A DNA stretch of 64,000 nucleotides from Nannocystis bainbridge (GCF_028368995.1 NZ_JAQNDL010000001.1:544001-608000); one strand, 5' to 3'; shown: positions 43,557 to 52,942, numbered from the stretch's first letter. Notes: generated from the sequence alone by a model not told the origin. Translations and numbers: made by a program.

Positions 43557-45691
43557 CACCGCTGACCCTCTGCATGATCGTCAAGTTCCCGCCGATCCAG
43601 GGCGGCGTCAGCCAGCAGAGCTACTGGCTGGCGCACAACTTCGCGCGCGCCGGTCACCGCATCCACGTCGTCACCAACGCGCTCGAGGCCGCGTCCGACT
43701 ATCGCATGTTCCTGCCGGCGGCCGAGCGCCCGCACCTCGAGGGCGAGTACCCCGGCGGCGGGTTCGTCCGCCTGCACGCGAGCGACGAGGCCGGGCTCGA
43801 GGGCAACTACATCCCGTACGCCAACCCGTACGTCAGCAAGCTGGCGGCGCTGGCCCGCGACGTGGTCCGCGAGCACGCCTGCGATCTGATCTGGGCCGCG
43901 TACCTCGAGCCCTACGGGGTCGCGGCGGCGCTGGCGTCGAAGCTCACCGGGGTGCCCTACGCGGTCCGCCACGCCGGCAGCGACATCGCCGGGCTGGCGC
44001 AGCTGCCGGCGCGCCAGAACCTCTACCTCGACGTGCTCCGCCACGCGAGCCTGGTGGTCACCGCGCCGTTCCTGCGGCCGACGCTGGAGCGCGTCGGGGT
44101 CGCGCACGCGCACATGTTCGCGGTGCCGCTCGCCGCATACGCCAGCGCGGGCTTCGAGCCCGACGGGCCGAAGCTCGACGTCGAGGCATTGCTCGACGAG
44201 GCCGCGGGCGAGCGCGGGCCGTGGCCCCGGCCGGCCCGGCGCTTCGACCCCGCGCTGCCGACGTTCGGCATCTACGGCAAGGTCAGCGGCTACAAGGGCA
44301 TGTTCGAGGTCGTCGCCGCGCTCGGCGAGCTCGCGGCCCAAGGTCGCCGCTTCAATCTTTTGACGTTGGTCGGCGCGCGCGGGCCGGCGGTCACGGCCCT
44401 GCAGCAGGCGGTCGCGCAGGCCGGCATCGCCGAGTCGACGTACGCGCTGCCGTTCTTGCCGCACTGGATGGTGCCGCGGTTCATCCGCACGTGCACCGCC
44501 GTGTGTTTTTTGGAGAACCGGTTCCCGATCGCCATCCACACGCCGCAGGTCGGGTTCGAGATCCTCGCGTGCGGCCGCTGCCTGATCGTGTCCGAGGAGG
44601 TGCGATCGAAGACGCAGCGGCGCGCCGATCTGGTCGACGGGGTGCACGCGCTCGTGATCGACGATCCGGCCGACGCGGCGCAGGTGCGGCGGGCGCTGGC
44701 GCGGGTGCTCGACGACCCCGCCGAGGTGCGGGCGATCGGCGCGCGCGGGCGAGAGTTCGTGACCGGGCGGTTCGCCGCGCCGGACGTGTCGGCGGTGGTG
44801 AAGCGGCTGCGCCGCGTGATCGAGGAGGCAAACCCGATGTCCCTGGAGGGCCTGCAGCGGACCCTGAGCGAGCTCTACGCCGATCCGTCGCTGCGCGCCG
44901 CGCTGGCGGCGGGCGAGGAGGCTGGCCTGCACGGCCGCGACCTCGACGACCGCGAGCGCGCGGCGGTGCTGGAGCTGGGCCGGCGGCTGATGCCGCAGGT
45001 CGAGCGCTTCGGGCAGATGCTCGTGCACAAGCGGCTCGAGTATTTCCTCGAGCTGTTCGCCGCGACCGCGCCGCACCTGCGGGCGCACGAGCCGGCGCTG
45101 TTGGCTGCGTTCGCGCGCGAGTTCGATTTCCGCTGGCGCGCGCCGGCCGAGGACGTCGCGTACTTCGGCGAGTTCCTGCGCCGCCTGCTGGTCGCGCCGT
45201 GGCCGGCCCACGTGCGCGAGCTGGTGCGCTACGACGAATGCATGTGGCGGGCCGAGACGACCGACGACGACGCCGCGCCCGCGTTCGAGCGCCTGCTCGA
45301 GATGCAGATCACCGAGCCGCCCGGCCTCGGCGCGGCGCCGCTGAGCGCCGAGGACCGCGTCGCGCTCGCGCCCGGGGTGATCGTCGAGCGCTTCGCTCAC
45401 CCGGTGCACCGCCTGGCCGCGGAGGGCCCCGAGGCGCGGTTCGAGCCGGCCGCGACGGTGATCGTGTTCACGCCCCGGCGCGGAGCGACCGCCGCCCGCG
45501 CCCACGTGATGAACGAGGAGCTCGTCCGCCTGGCCACAGCCGCGGGCGACGGCCATCCGGTGGCGGCGCTGCTCGACGAGGCCGCGGCGCGTCACGCGGA
45601 GCGCCCGGCCGAGGCGGTGCGGCAAGCCGCCCTGCGCGCGCTGCAACGGCTCGGCGAGCGTCACGTGCTCGTGCGCGCGCCGCTGCGGTGA
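43553..45691 (+). CDS. GT4 glycosyltransferase fused to a C-terminal MNIO-partner-like domain
   Basis: FPPIQGGVS, GHRIHVVT, YKG, FEILACG. From MSLEGLQRTLSELYADP (44837) a helical partner-like region ends in a winged-helix-like segment. Confidence 0.85.
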   Translation: MTPLTLCMIVKFPPIQGGVSQQSYWLAHNFARAGHRIHVVTNALEAASDYRMFLPAAERPHLEGEYPGGGFVRLHASDEAGLEGNYIPYANPYVSKLAALARDVVREHACDLIWAAYLEPYGVAAALASKLTGVPYAVRHAGSDIAGLAQLPARQNLYLDVLRHASLVVTAPFLRPTLERVGVAHAHMFAVPLAAYASAGFEPDGPKLDVEALLDEAAGERGPWPRPARRFDPALPTFGIYGKVSGYKGMFEVVAALGELAAQGRRFNLLTLVGARGPAVTALQQAVAQAGIAESTYALPFLPHWMVPRFIRTCTAVCFLENRFPIAIHTPQVGFEILACGRCLIVSEEVRSKTQRRADLVDGVHALVIDDPADAAQVRRALARVLDDPAEVRAIGARGREFVTGRFAAPDVSAVVKRLRRVIEEANPMSLEGLQRTLSELYADPSLRAALAAGEEAGLHGRDLDDRERAAVLELGRRLMPQVERFGQMLVHKRLEYFLELFAATAPHLRAHEPALLAAFAREFDFRWRAPAEDVAYFGEFLRRLLVAPWPAHVRELVRYDECMWRAETTDDDAAPAFERLLEMQITEPPGLGAAPLSAEDRVALAPGVIVERFAHPVHRLAAEGPEARFEPAATVIVFTPRRGATAARAHVMNEELVRLATAAGDGHPVAALLDEAAARHAERPAEAVRQAALRALQRLGERHVLVRAPLR

Positions 45692-45882
45692 CTGCCATGA
45701 TCGCCCGAGTCACTCGGCGAGCACCACATCGTGCGCCGTTGCAGTGACTGCCGTGATCGTCCGTATCACTCGGCGAGCGTCACGGGATCGTGCGCGCCGC
45801 TGCTGTGACTGCCGTGATCGTCCGTATCACTCGGCGAGCGTCACGTGATCGTGCGCGCGCCGCTGCAGTGACTGCTGTGATT
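45650..45882 (+). repeat. About 4 degenerate ~60-bp tandem repeats that include the 3' end of the GT gene
   Basis: CTCGGCGAGC...GTGACTGC units start at 45650, 45713, 45769 and 45830. Confidence 0.85.
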
Positions 45883-45918
45883 CGCTGCGAGCCCGGTCGA
45901 CTACGATCGGGCGCTCGA

Positions 45919-48507
45919 TCAGGGCAAAATCTCGACGTACCCATCCGTCCCGTGCACGCGGATCCGCTGCCCGTCGCGGATCCGCCGGGTCGCCTGGTCC
46001 ACGCCGACGACGGCCGGCAGGCCGTACTCGCGGGCGATCACGGCCCCATGCGTCATCAAGCCCCCCACCTCCGTCACCAGCCCGGCGATGGCGACGAACA
46101 GCGGCGTCCAGCTCGGGTCGGTGTACGCGGTGACGAGGATGTCGCCCGCCTCGAGATCGGCCCGCGCCATGTCGAGCACGACGCGGGCCCGCCCCTCGAT
46201 CGTGCCGGCGGACACCGGCAAGCCGACCAGCGCGCCGGCCGGCAATCCGTCGGATCGGTACGCCCCGGCGACGACCTCGCCGTCCGAGGTGAGCACGCGC
46301 GGCGGCGTGAGCGAATGATAGGACTCGAAGGCTTCTCTGCGCTGGCGGAGCAGCGCCGCGTCGACGTGATGCGTGCGCACGACGTCGAGGAGCTCCGGCA
46401 ACGTGAGGTAGTCGATGTCGTCCAGCGCCCGCAGCACGCCGGCCTGCACCAGGCGCCCGGCTTCTTCCACCAGCGCCTGCTTGTAGACGAAGAAGCGGCA
46501 GATCATGCCGTACTTCGGGTACTCCCGGTAGCCGATGAAGGTGCGCACGCGATCGATCTGCCGCCGGGTCTCCTCGGCCTTGCGCTCCCCGTCCGGCAGG
46601 GCCCGCAGGCGCTCCTGCAGCTCCTGCGATCGCTTCAGCGCCTCCTGCCGCCCTCGCTCGAAGCGCCGCGCGCCGGCGCCCGGCCCCAGGTTCTTGATGT
46701 TGCCCAGGAGCACCGGCACGAGCATGCCGGGGCGTTCGCTCCACCGCGGCCGCGTGATGTCGATCTCGCCGGCGCAGCGCATGCCGTACGCGTCGAGGTA
46801 GGCGACGATGGCGTCCCGCGCCTCCGGCCCGCCCGGGAGCGTGGCCAGCCCGGCCAGGAAATCGTCGTGCTCGACGCGCTGGAGAAACGCCACCACCTCC
46901 GGATACGGGCGAATGACGTCGGCGACGTCGAGCAGCGCCAGCCCCATCTCCGAGGTGACGTTGTCGGCGACGGACTGCGTGAGGATGTCGGCGGCGCTCT
47001 TCTCGCCAAGCCACGCGTGAAGCTGCTCGTTGAGCCACCAGGTGGCCTCGAACGCGGCCATGAGCACGCGATGGCCCTGCGGATCGAACAACCGCCGCTT
47101 CAGCTCGGGGATGTCGGCGAGGATGCACTCGAGCAGCGCCGCGCCGGTCTTGCCGTGGATGTCGCGCTTCAGGGCGGCGATGGAGGCCTGGTTGCGCTCG
47201 ATCAACCCGGCGACGATGGCGGGGTCGGTGTCGATCGGGGCCGGCGCGCCACCAGCCGGCGCCGCGGCGGGCGGTGGGTCCGGGAGCGCGCGGATGAAAT
47301 CACCGCGCTCCCAGATCGACCGCAGGGCGTCGCGGATCCGCGGGTCGGAGCGGCCGAAGACCTCGAGGAGCTTGGCCCGGCTCGTCGGCGCGGCGAGGCC
47401 CCGCGTGACCTCGACGAACAACCTCCCGCCCGCCTCGTGCATGGGCCCGGCCGCAGCGAGGCGAAACAGCGAAAGCCCCAGCGGCTTCATCGGGTCGGTC
47501 ATCATCTGCTGGTGGCCGACCGAGACGTAGACGTGGTTGTCGCCGTCGCCCGCCTCGGGGATGGGAAACAGGGTGGTGATCGGCCGGCTCTGCACGATCG
47601 AAAATTCGTCGTCGACCAGGCACCACTCGATGTCCTGCGGGCGGCCAAAATGCGCCTCGATCTGCCGGCCGAGCTGCGCGAGCCGTAGCACCTGCGCGTC
47701 GGTCAGCGCCGGCTGCCGCTGCCGCTCGGGCGCGACCGCCTGCGCCTGCGTCCCGCCGACCGGCGCGGCGACGACGGCGAACTGCTTGCAGGCGATCGTC
47801 CTGGTGACGATATCGCCGCCCAACACCTTGAAGATGTCCGGGTTCACCAGGCCGGAGACCTGGGCCTCGCCGAGGCCGAAGCTGGCCTCGACGGAGACGA
47901 CCTTGCGGTGCGACGTGACGGGGTCGGCCGTGAACAGGACGCCGGCGGCCTGCGGGAAGACCATGCGCTGCACGACCACGGCCATGCCGACCTTGCGGTG
48001 ATCGAAGCCGTTGCGCTGGCGGTAGACCACGGCCCGCTCGCTGAACAGCGAGGCCCAGCAGCGACGGACGTGCGCCACGATCGCCGCCGGCCCGACGATG
48101 TTGAGGTACGTGTCCTGCTGGCCGGCGAAGGAGGCCGTCGGCAGGTCCTCCGCGGTCGCGCTCGAGCGGACGGCGTACGCCTCGCGCTCGCCGAGCCGAA
48201 CCACCGCGCCGGTGATCGCGGTTGCCAGCTCGTCCGGGATGGTGATGGCTTCCACGATCGCGTGGATCTCCGCCGCGAGCGCCCGAATCGCCGCGCGATC
48301 GTCCGGCTGCAAGCGCGCCAGCCGGGCCAGTGACTCGGCGATCGAGGGCGCCACGACCCGCTGAAACGCCGCCGTCGTCACGCAGAAGCCGGCGGGCACG
48401 CGCACGCCTTCGAGCCGCGACAGCTCCCCCAGATGCGCGCCCTTGCCGCCGACAACCGCGACCTGCGTCCGATCGATCTCCTCGAAATTCACCACGTAGT
48501 GGCCCAT
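45919..48507 (-). CDS. rph: Rifamycin-inactivating phosphotransferase
   Basis: 862 aa; GGKGAHLGEL, RSSATAEDLPTASFAGQQDT, YVSVGHQQMMTDPMKPLG, GYREYPKY; C-terminal swivel domain THGAVIAREYG. Confidence 0.92.
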   Translation of the reverse strand: MGHYVVNFEEIDRTQVAVVGGKGAHLGELSRLEGVRVPAGFCVTTAAFQRVVAPSIAESLARLARLQPDDRAAIRALAAEIHAIVEAITIPDELATAITGAVVRLGEREAYAVRSSATAEDLPTASFAGQQDTYLNIVGPAAIVAHVRRCWASLFSERAVVYRQRNGFDHRKVGMAVVVQRMVFPQAAGVLFTADPVTSHRKVVSVEASFGLGEAQVSGLVNPDIFKVLGGDIVTRTIACKQFAVVAAPVGGTQAQAVAPERQRQPALTDAQVLRLAQLGRQIEAHFGRPQDIEWCLVDDEFSIVQSRPITTLFPIPEAGDGDNHVYVSVGHQQMMTDPMKPLGLSLFRLAAAGPMHEAGGRLFVEVTRGLAAPTSRAKLLEVFGRSDPRIRDALRSIWERGDFIRALPDPPPAAAPAGGAPAPIDTDPAIVAGLIERNQASIAALKRDIHGKTGAALLECILADIPELKRRLFDPQGHRVLMAAFEATWWLNEQLHAWLGEKSAADILTQSVADNVTSEMGLALLDVADVIRPYPEVVAFLQRVEHDDFLAGLATLPGGPEARDAIVAYLDAYGMRCAGEIDITRPRWSERPGMLVPVLLGNIKNLGPGAGARRFERGRQEALKRSQELQERLRALPDGERKAEETRRQIDRVRTFIGYREYPKYGMICRFFVYKQALVEEAGRLVQAGVLRALDDIDYLTLPELLDVVRTHHVDAALLRQRREAFESYHSLTPPRVLTSDGEVVAGAYRSDGLPAGALVGLPVSAGTIEGRARVVLDMARADLEAGDILVTAYTDPSWTPLFVAIAGLVTEVGGLMTHGAVIAREYGLPAVVGVDQATRRIRDGQRIRVHGTDGYVEILP

Positions 48508-48718
48508 CCGCGCACTCCCTTCGCAAAAGGAGCGAGAGCATAACGCGGCTAGCGAGGCAGTCCACCCCCATTCGCGCTGGCGCTTTGTGACAGTGCGAAG
48601 ATCGGCGGAGGCCCGAAAGGGCGCCCCGGCGCGGCCACGAAGCGCTACACTTGCGGTGGAAGAAGCGAGGAGAGGCGAGTTCGGGCCGCTCGACCCGCGT
48701 CGCCTCGCCGGCTCCCGA

Positions 48719-49384
48719 TCAGCTCGCGGCATTCGCCGGCGGCGCGTCGAATCGATAGGGGGTGCGCTGCGCCGAAGGTCGCGCGGCGAACTCCTGCGCG
48801 AACCGGACCAGCGCGGGGTACGGCTGCAGCGGCAGCGTGGCCCGGAACGTCAGGTGATCGACGAGGCAGTACAGCGAGGCCTCGAACAGGCTCAGCTCGC
48901 GCGACGCGGGCAACGACTCCAGCACCCGCGCGAGGTGCTCGTCGAGCCAGGCGAGCGCGCCCGCGAAGCCCTCGCGCGCCTTGACGAAGTAGAGGTTGTC
49001 GGCCGGCAGCTGCGCGACCACGGTGCCGAAGATCAGCTGCACCTGCGCGGCCATGGCGTGCCGCACCAGCTCGTGGGCGTTGCGCGCCAGATCGCTGCCC
49101 AGCTGCTCCGGCCAGACGACGCGCCGCGGCGGGTCCGCGAGCTCGGCGAGGGCCCGGCAGATGTTCTCGGCCCCGAACACCGGCGAGCCGCCGCGTCGCA
49201 AGATCGGCAGCTTCAGGGCCGGGTTGCCGGCGTAGATCGCCGGATCGGTCTCGGTCATGTCGTGGACCGGCACGAGCTCGAACGACACGCCGAGCTCGTG
49301 GGCGAAGATCAGGGCCAGTCGTGTGAAATGCGAGCTGCTCCGGCCGACGATCTGAACGCGATCCGCGGTGTCATGATGTCCCAT
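48719..49384 (-). CDS. Glutathione S-transferase-like protein
   Basis: GRSSSHFTR, NPALKLPIL, ICRAL. Confidence 0.85.
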   Translation of the reverse strand: MGHHDTADRVQIVGRSSSHFTRLALIFAHELGVSFELVPVHDMTETDPAIYAGNPALKLPILRRGGSPVFGAENICRALAELADPPRRVVWPEQLGSDLARNAHELVRHAMAAQVQLIFGTVVAQLPADNLYFVKAREGFAGALAWLDEHLARVLESLPASRELSLFEASLYCLVDHLTFRATLPLQPYPALVRFAQEFAARPSAQRTPYRFDAPPANAAS

Positions 49385-49565
49385 GTCGAGGCGCCTCCGC
49401 TGCGGCCTCGAGAATGACAGGTCCCGCGCGCAGCAGCGAAGAAAGCGAGCGCCGCTGCCCGAGCGCCCACGGGCGCCTACGGGCGCCCACGCGGTTGGCC
49501 GGCGTCGCCTGCTGCGGCTGCGCCTGATTCACGTCGTCCCGACAGGATGTTAGGACATCGATCCG

Positions 49566-49811
49566 ATGATCGATGTCGTCATGCCTCAGTTGGGAGAGTC
49601 CGTGTCCGAGGGCACGGTCACGCAGTGGTTCGTACGCGAAGGCGATGTCGTGACCCGCGACCAGACGCTCCTGGAGGTCGGGACCTCGAAGGCCGACGTC
49701 GAGATCCCGTCGCCGTCGAACGGCGTCGTCGTATCCATCGACGCCGCGGTCGGGGCCGTGGTCCCCAAGCAAGGGCTGCTGTGCCGCATCGACGAGACCG
49801 CCAGCGGCTGA
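49566..49811 (+). CDS. Stand-alone lipoyl/biotinyl carrier domain
   Basis: MPQLGESVSEGTV..W..EGD.V...EVGTSKADVEIPSP. Confidence 0.85.
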   Translation: MIDVVMPQLGESVSEGTVTQWFVREGDVVTRDQTLLEVGTSKADVEIPSPSNGVVVSIDAAVGAVVPKQGLLCRIDETASG

Positions 49812-49821
49812 CAGCGAGCCC

Positions 49822-50184
49822 TCAGCCGGGCGCGAACTCGAACGGATAGCTGGCCTTGAACGTGCCCTCGTCGGGGCGGACGAACAGCCAGCTGCGCACC
49901 GCCGCGGCCACGCAGGCCTCGACCTTCGGGTCGGCCAGGGTCGAGTCCACGGCTTCGCTGTTGAGGACGTGGCCGTCGCTGCCGATCTCGAAGTTCACCG
50001 TCAGCTTGCCGGCCAGCGCCGGCTTGCGGGCCAGGCCCTCGTTGTAACAGGTGCGGACCTCCGGCATGTGGGCGCGCACGACTCGGCGGATCAGGGTCTG
50101 GTAGAGCGAGCCGTCGTCGGCGCGCGCCGGGCCGGCCGCGGTCACGATCGTGGTGAGCATCAGAAGCGAAATCATCGTGCGCAT
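49822..50184 (-). CDS. Secreted AgmX/PglI C-terminal (TonB_C-like) domain protein
   Basis: Signal peptide; IRRVVRAH..EVRTCYNEGL...GKLTVNFEI...VEACV...YPFEF. Confidence 0.88.
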   Translation of the reverse strand: MRTMISLLMLTTIVTAAGPARADDGSLYQTLIRRVVRAHMPEVRTCYNEGLARKPALAGKLTVNFEIGSDGHVLNSEAVDSTLADPKVEACVAAAVRSWLFVRPDEGTFKASYPFEFAPG

Positions 50185-50531
50185 GGGGTCGCGTCTCCTT
50201 GGTTCTCCCCGTTCCACGGGCCCGCCACGCCGAGGTTCCCGGCCCCGCGAACTTTTTTTCGATCTTCGTCCGAACGGGCTCCGGGGCGCCGACAGACTGC
50301 GATCGCCGCGCCTGTCGGGGTCGGCGCCGACGCGGTCGCGCTCGCCGGGCCTGGCCGGGACGGCGCTCGCACGCGCGAGCCCAGGTCGGCGTCGGCGACC
50401 GCCTCGCCCCGGAGAGTCTCCTGTCGGCAGTTCCCCCCGTGCTCCCACGGCCCGAGGCGAATCCCGGCCACTCGCCTGCAAGCGCGTCCGTCCGCGAAGC
50501 CGGTCCCCCGCCCTCGGCGTTATGCTCGGAC

Positions 50532-51040
50532 ATGCTCGAGCCCCCCTGCGCTGCGCTCCCGGCCTCGACCTTCCCGCAGCGGTGGCTGCTGGCCTATCTG
50601 CTGCTCTACGTCGCCCCCTTCCCGCTGAACTACATCCCCGGCCTCGACATGCTGGTGGCGGTCCCCGGCGTCGCGTGGCAGGCCGTGGTGACATGGGTCG
50701 GCGCGGTGGTGTTCGCGGTCGAGGCGGTCCCCCGCGCCACCGGCAGCGGGGACACCATGTTCGACTACGTGCAATTGGTCTGCCTCGCCGTGATCGCCAT
50801 TCCGCTGGCCGCGGCCTGGCCGGCCCGGCTGGGCCGCGGCGTCGCCTGGGACCGCCTGCTCGACCGCACCCGCGCCTATCTGCGGCTCTACCTCGGCTGC
50901 TACCTCCTGGTCTACGGCCTCTGCAAGGCCATCCCGACCCAGTTCCCGCCGCCCGGCCCCGATCGGCTGATCGTCCCCTATGGTGATTCATCGCCGATGG
51001 GCCTGCTATGGACATTCATGGGCCAGAGCCCCGCGTACGT
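50532..51040 (+). pseudogene. Truncated DoxX-like membrane protein (N-terminal part)
   Basis: GSGDTMFDY, YGLCKAIPTQFPPP, YGDSSPMGLLWTFMGQSPAY; sequence becomes non-protein-like after this point. Confidence 0.7.
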
Positions 51041-51207
51041 CGCCGATGGGCGTCGGCCTCGACGACGACTGCAACGACTGGAGCGGCGGCCCCTTCCAGG
51101 CGGAGGTCGGCGAGTGCAGCGTCAAGGACGGCCGCTGGACCCTCGGCTGCGGCCTGCACTCGTGCAACCTGACCGCGCACCTCTACTGCGTCGAGCAGGG
51201 CCTGTGA
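51040..51207 (+). pseudogene. C-terminal fragment of a Cys-rich secreted protein (..C.DW....C....LYCVEQ type)
   Basis: DDCNDWSG...WT..CG...C...HLYCVEQ in a different frame; no N-terminal part. Confidence 0.55.
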
Positions 51208-51255
51208 CGCCCGGCTGCGGGCGATCGGTCCCGCGGTGAAGCGCGCCCCTGCGGA

Positions 51256-51597
51256 CGCGCGAGCGGTGACGCGCCCGCAGACTTGCGGATGCGCTGCCGT
51301 CACGTCGCGCGAGCGGCCGGCGGGCGCAGCGGCAGCGCGCTCACAGATTTGCGGACGCGCCGCCCTCCCGTCCCGCGAGCGGCCGGCGTCCGCCGCAACA
51401 GCCCTCACAGATTGCGGACGCGCTGCCCTCCCGTCCTGCTAGCGGCCGGGGTCCGCAGCGACAGCGCGCCCGTCGAGTCACGGACGCGCCGCCTCCCGTC
51501 CCGCGAGCGGCCGGCGTCCGCAGCGACAGCGCGCTCACAGATTTACGTACGCGCGGCCCTCACGTCGCGCGAGCGGCCGGCGTGCGCAGCGGCGGCG
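51256..51597. repeat. 5-6 degenerate ~65-bp tandem repeats overlapping the 3' end of the reductase gene
   Basis: C(A/C)CGTC..GCGAGCGGCCGGCG..CGCAGC units at about 51301, 51367, 51430, 51495 and 51561. Confidence 0.8.
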
Positions 51598-52561
51598 GCG
51601 GCATCTCGGCGGTCAGGAACGCGTCGGCGCTGATGTCCTTGAGCCCGGCGCCGCGCAGGAAGCTCTGCTTCTTCAACGCAGTGACCCGGTCGGGGCTGCC
51701 GCACAGGAACACCCGCCAGCCCTTCAGGTTCGGGAACAGCCGCTGCGTCACCTGGGCCAGGTCGCCGACCTCGATCTCGCCGCCTGTCTCTCCGGACATG
51801 GCGCATCGGACATAGCTGAAAGCTCCTGTCCCATCGGACATGCCCTTGAGCTCGTCCACCAGGTAGAACCCGTCCGGGTCGCGGGCCCCGTGGACCAGCG
51901 AGATCGGCCCGGTGTGGCCGCGGCGGCGGGCGTCGTGGACGATCGCGCGCAGCGGCGCCAGGCCGGTGCCGGTGCCGACCAGCAGCATCGGCTGCTCGGG
52001 CCGGCCCTCGGTGTAGAAGCACGTTCCGGCCGGGCCGCGCAGGCCGACGCGGGTCCCGGGGGCCGCCGCCGCCAGCCAGCGGCTGACCCGGCCCAACCTG
52101 TGCACGCGCACGTGCAGCTCGAGCGCGCGCCCGTCGGCCGGCGAGCTCGCCAGCGAGTAGGCGCGGACATGGTCGCCCTGGATCAGCTGCACGTATTGAC
52201 CTGGCCGATAGGACAGGTCCTCGTCGGGCTCGAGGCGGACCCGCACGATCGCCGGGCCGATCGGCGCGACCTCGGCGATCGTCGCCCCGATCGCCGGCGG
52301 CGGGCCCTCCTCGATCACCAGCTCGCCGGTCGGGCGGGCCATGCACGACAGGAACCACCCCTGCTCGCGCAGCGCCGGGGCCAGGCCCTGCTGCGCCGCG
52401 GCCCCGGGGTCGCCCGCGACCGCGCGCAGCATGCAGGCCTGGCAGGCCCCGGCGCGGCACGAAGAAGGGACCGCGACGCCGCCGCGGAGCAGGCCCTCGA
52501 GCGCCGTCTCACCTGGCTCGAGGGCCAGGTCGAGGTTACCGCGACGGATCCGCCCGGTCAT
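51560..52561 (-). CDS. 2Fe-2S ferredoxin-FAD/NAD(P) oxidoreductase
   Basis: CRAGACQAC..C, RAYSLAS, GTGTGLAP, FLCG. Confidence 0.93.
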   Translation of the reverse strand: MTGRIRRGNLDLALEPGETALEGLLRGGVAVPSSCRAGACQACMLRAVAGDPGAAAQQGLAPALREQGWFLSCMARPTGELVIEEGPPPAIGATIAEVAPIGPAIVRVRLEPDEDLSYRPGQYVQLIQGDHVRAYSLASSPADGRALELHVRVHRLGRVSRWLAAAAPGTRVGLRGPAGTCFYTEGRPEQPMLLVGTGTGLAPLRAIVHDARRRGHTGPISLVHGARDPDGFYLVDELKGMSDGTGAFSYVRCAMSGETGGEIEVGDLAQVTQRLFPNLKGWRVFLCGSPDRVTALKKQSFLRGAGLKDISADAFLTAEMPPPPLRTPAARAT

Positions 52562-52564
52562 GGC

Positions 52565-52942
52565 TCACACCGCCGGATCGCGGCCGAGGACGTCGTTGCG
52601 GACCGACTCGGCGATCGCGCCGACGCGGGCGATCTTCGCGTCGTCGACCCCGAGCTCCTTGAGCGTGCCGGCGAGGTGACCGACGACCGCGTCGAAGTGG
52701 CTGTCGTCGATGCCCTCGGCCACCAGGTGGGCGTGCGCGCGGCGCATGTCGCGGCCCGAGTAGTGCGCCGGCCCGCCGGTCACCATGGTCAGGAACGCCT
52801 TCTGCTTGGCCGCCTGGCGCTCCATGTCGACGTCGTCGAAGAAGGGGGCCAACCTCTCGTCAGCCATGACCTTGCGGTAGAAAATATCGACCGCGGCGTC
52901 CATCGCCACAGCCCCACCAATCTCGTCGTAAAGGCTCGTCAT
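52565..52942 (-). CDS. Group I truncated hemoglobin
   Basis: SLYDEIGG, VDIFY, LAPFF, GGP..YSGRDM..AH. Confidence 0.95.
   Translation of the reverse strand: MTSLYDEIGGAVAMDAAVDIFYRKVMADERLAPFFDDVDMERQAAKQKAFLTMVTGGPAHYSGRDMRRAHAHLVAEGIDDSHFDAVVGHLAGTLKELGVDDAKIARVGAIAESVRNDVLGRDPAV

Noticed and set aside
45650-45882. Possible CRISPR array (also 51256-51597 and 61105-61430)
   Set aside because: No conserved repeat alternating with unique spacers, and no cas genes in the window.
45919-48507. PEP synthase call, or a role as self-resistance gene of the RiPP cluster
   Set aside because: Domain order and RPH-specific motifs indicate rph. It is convergent to the cluster and nothing in the sequence links it functionally.
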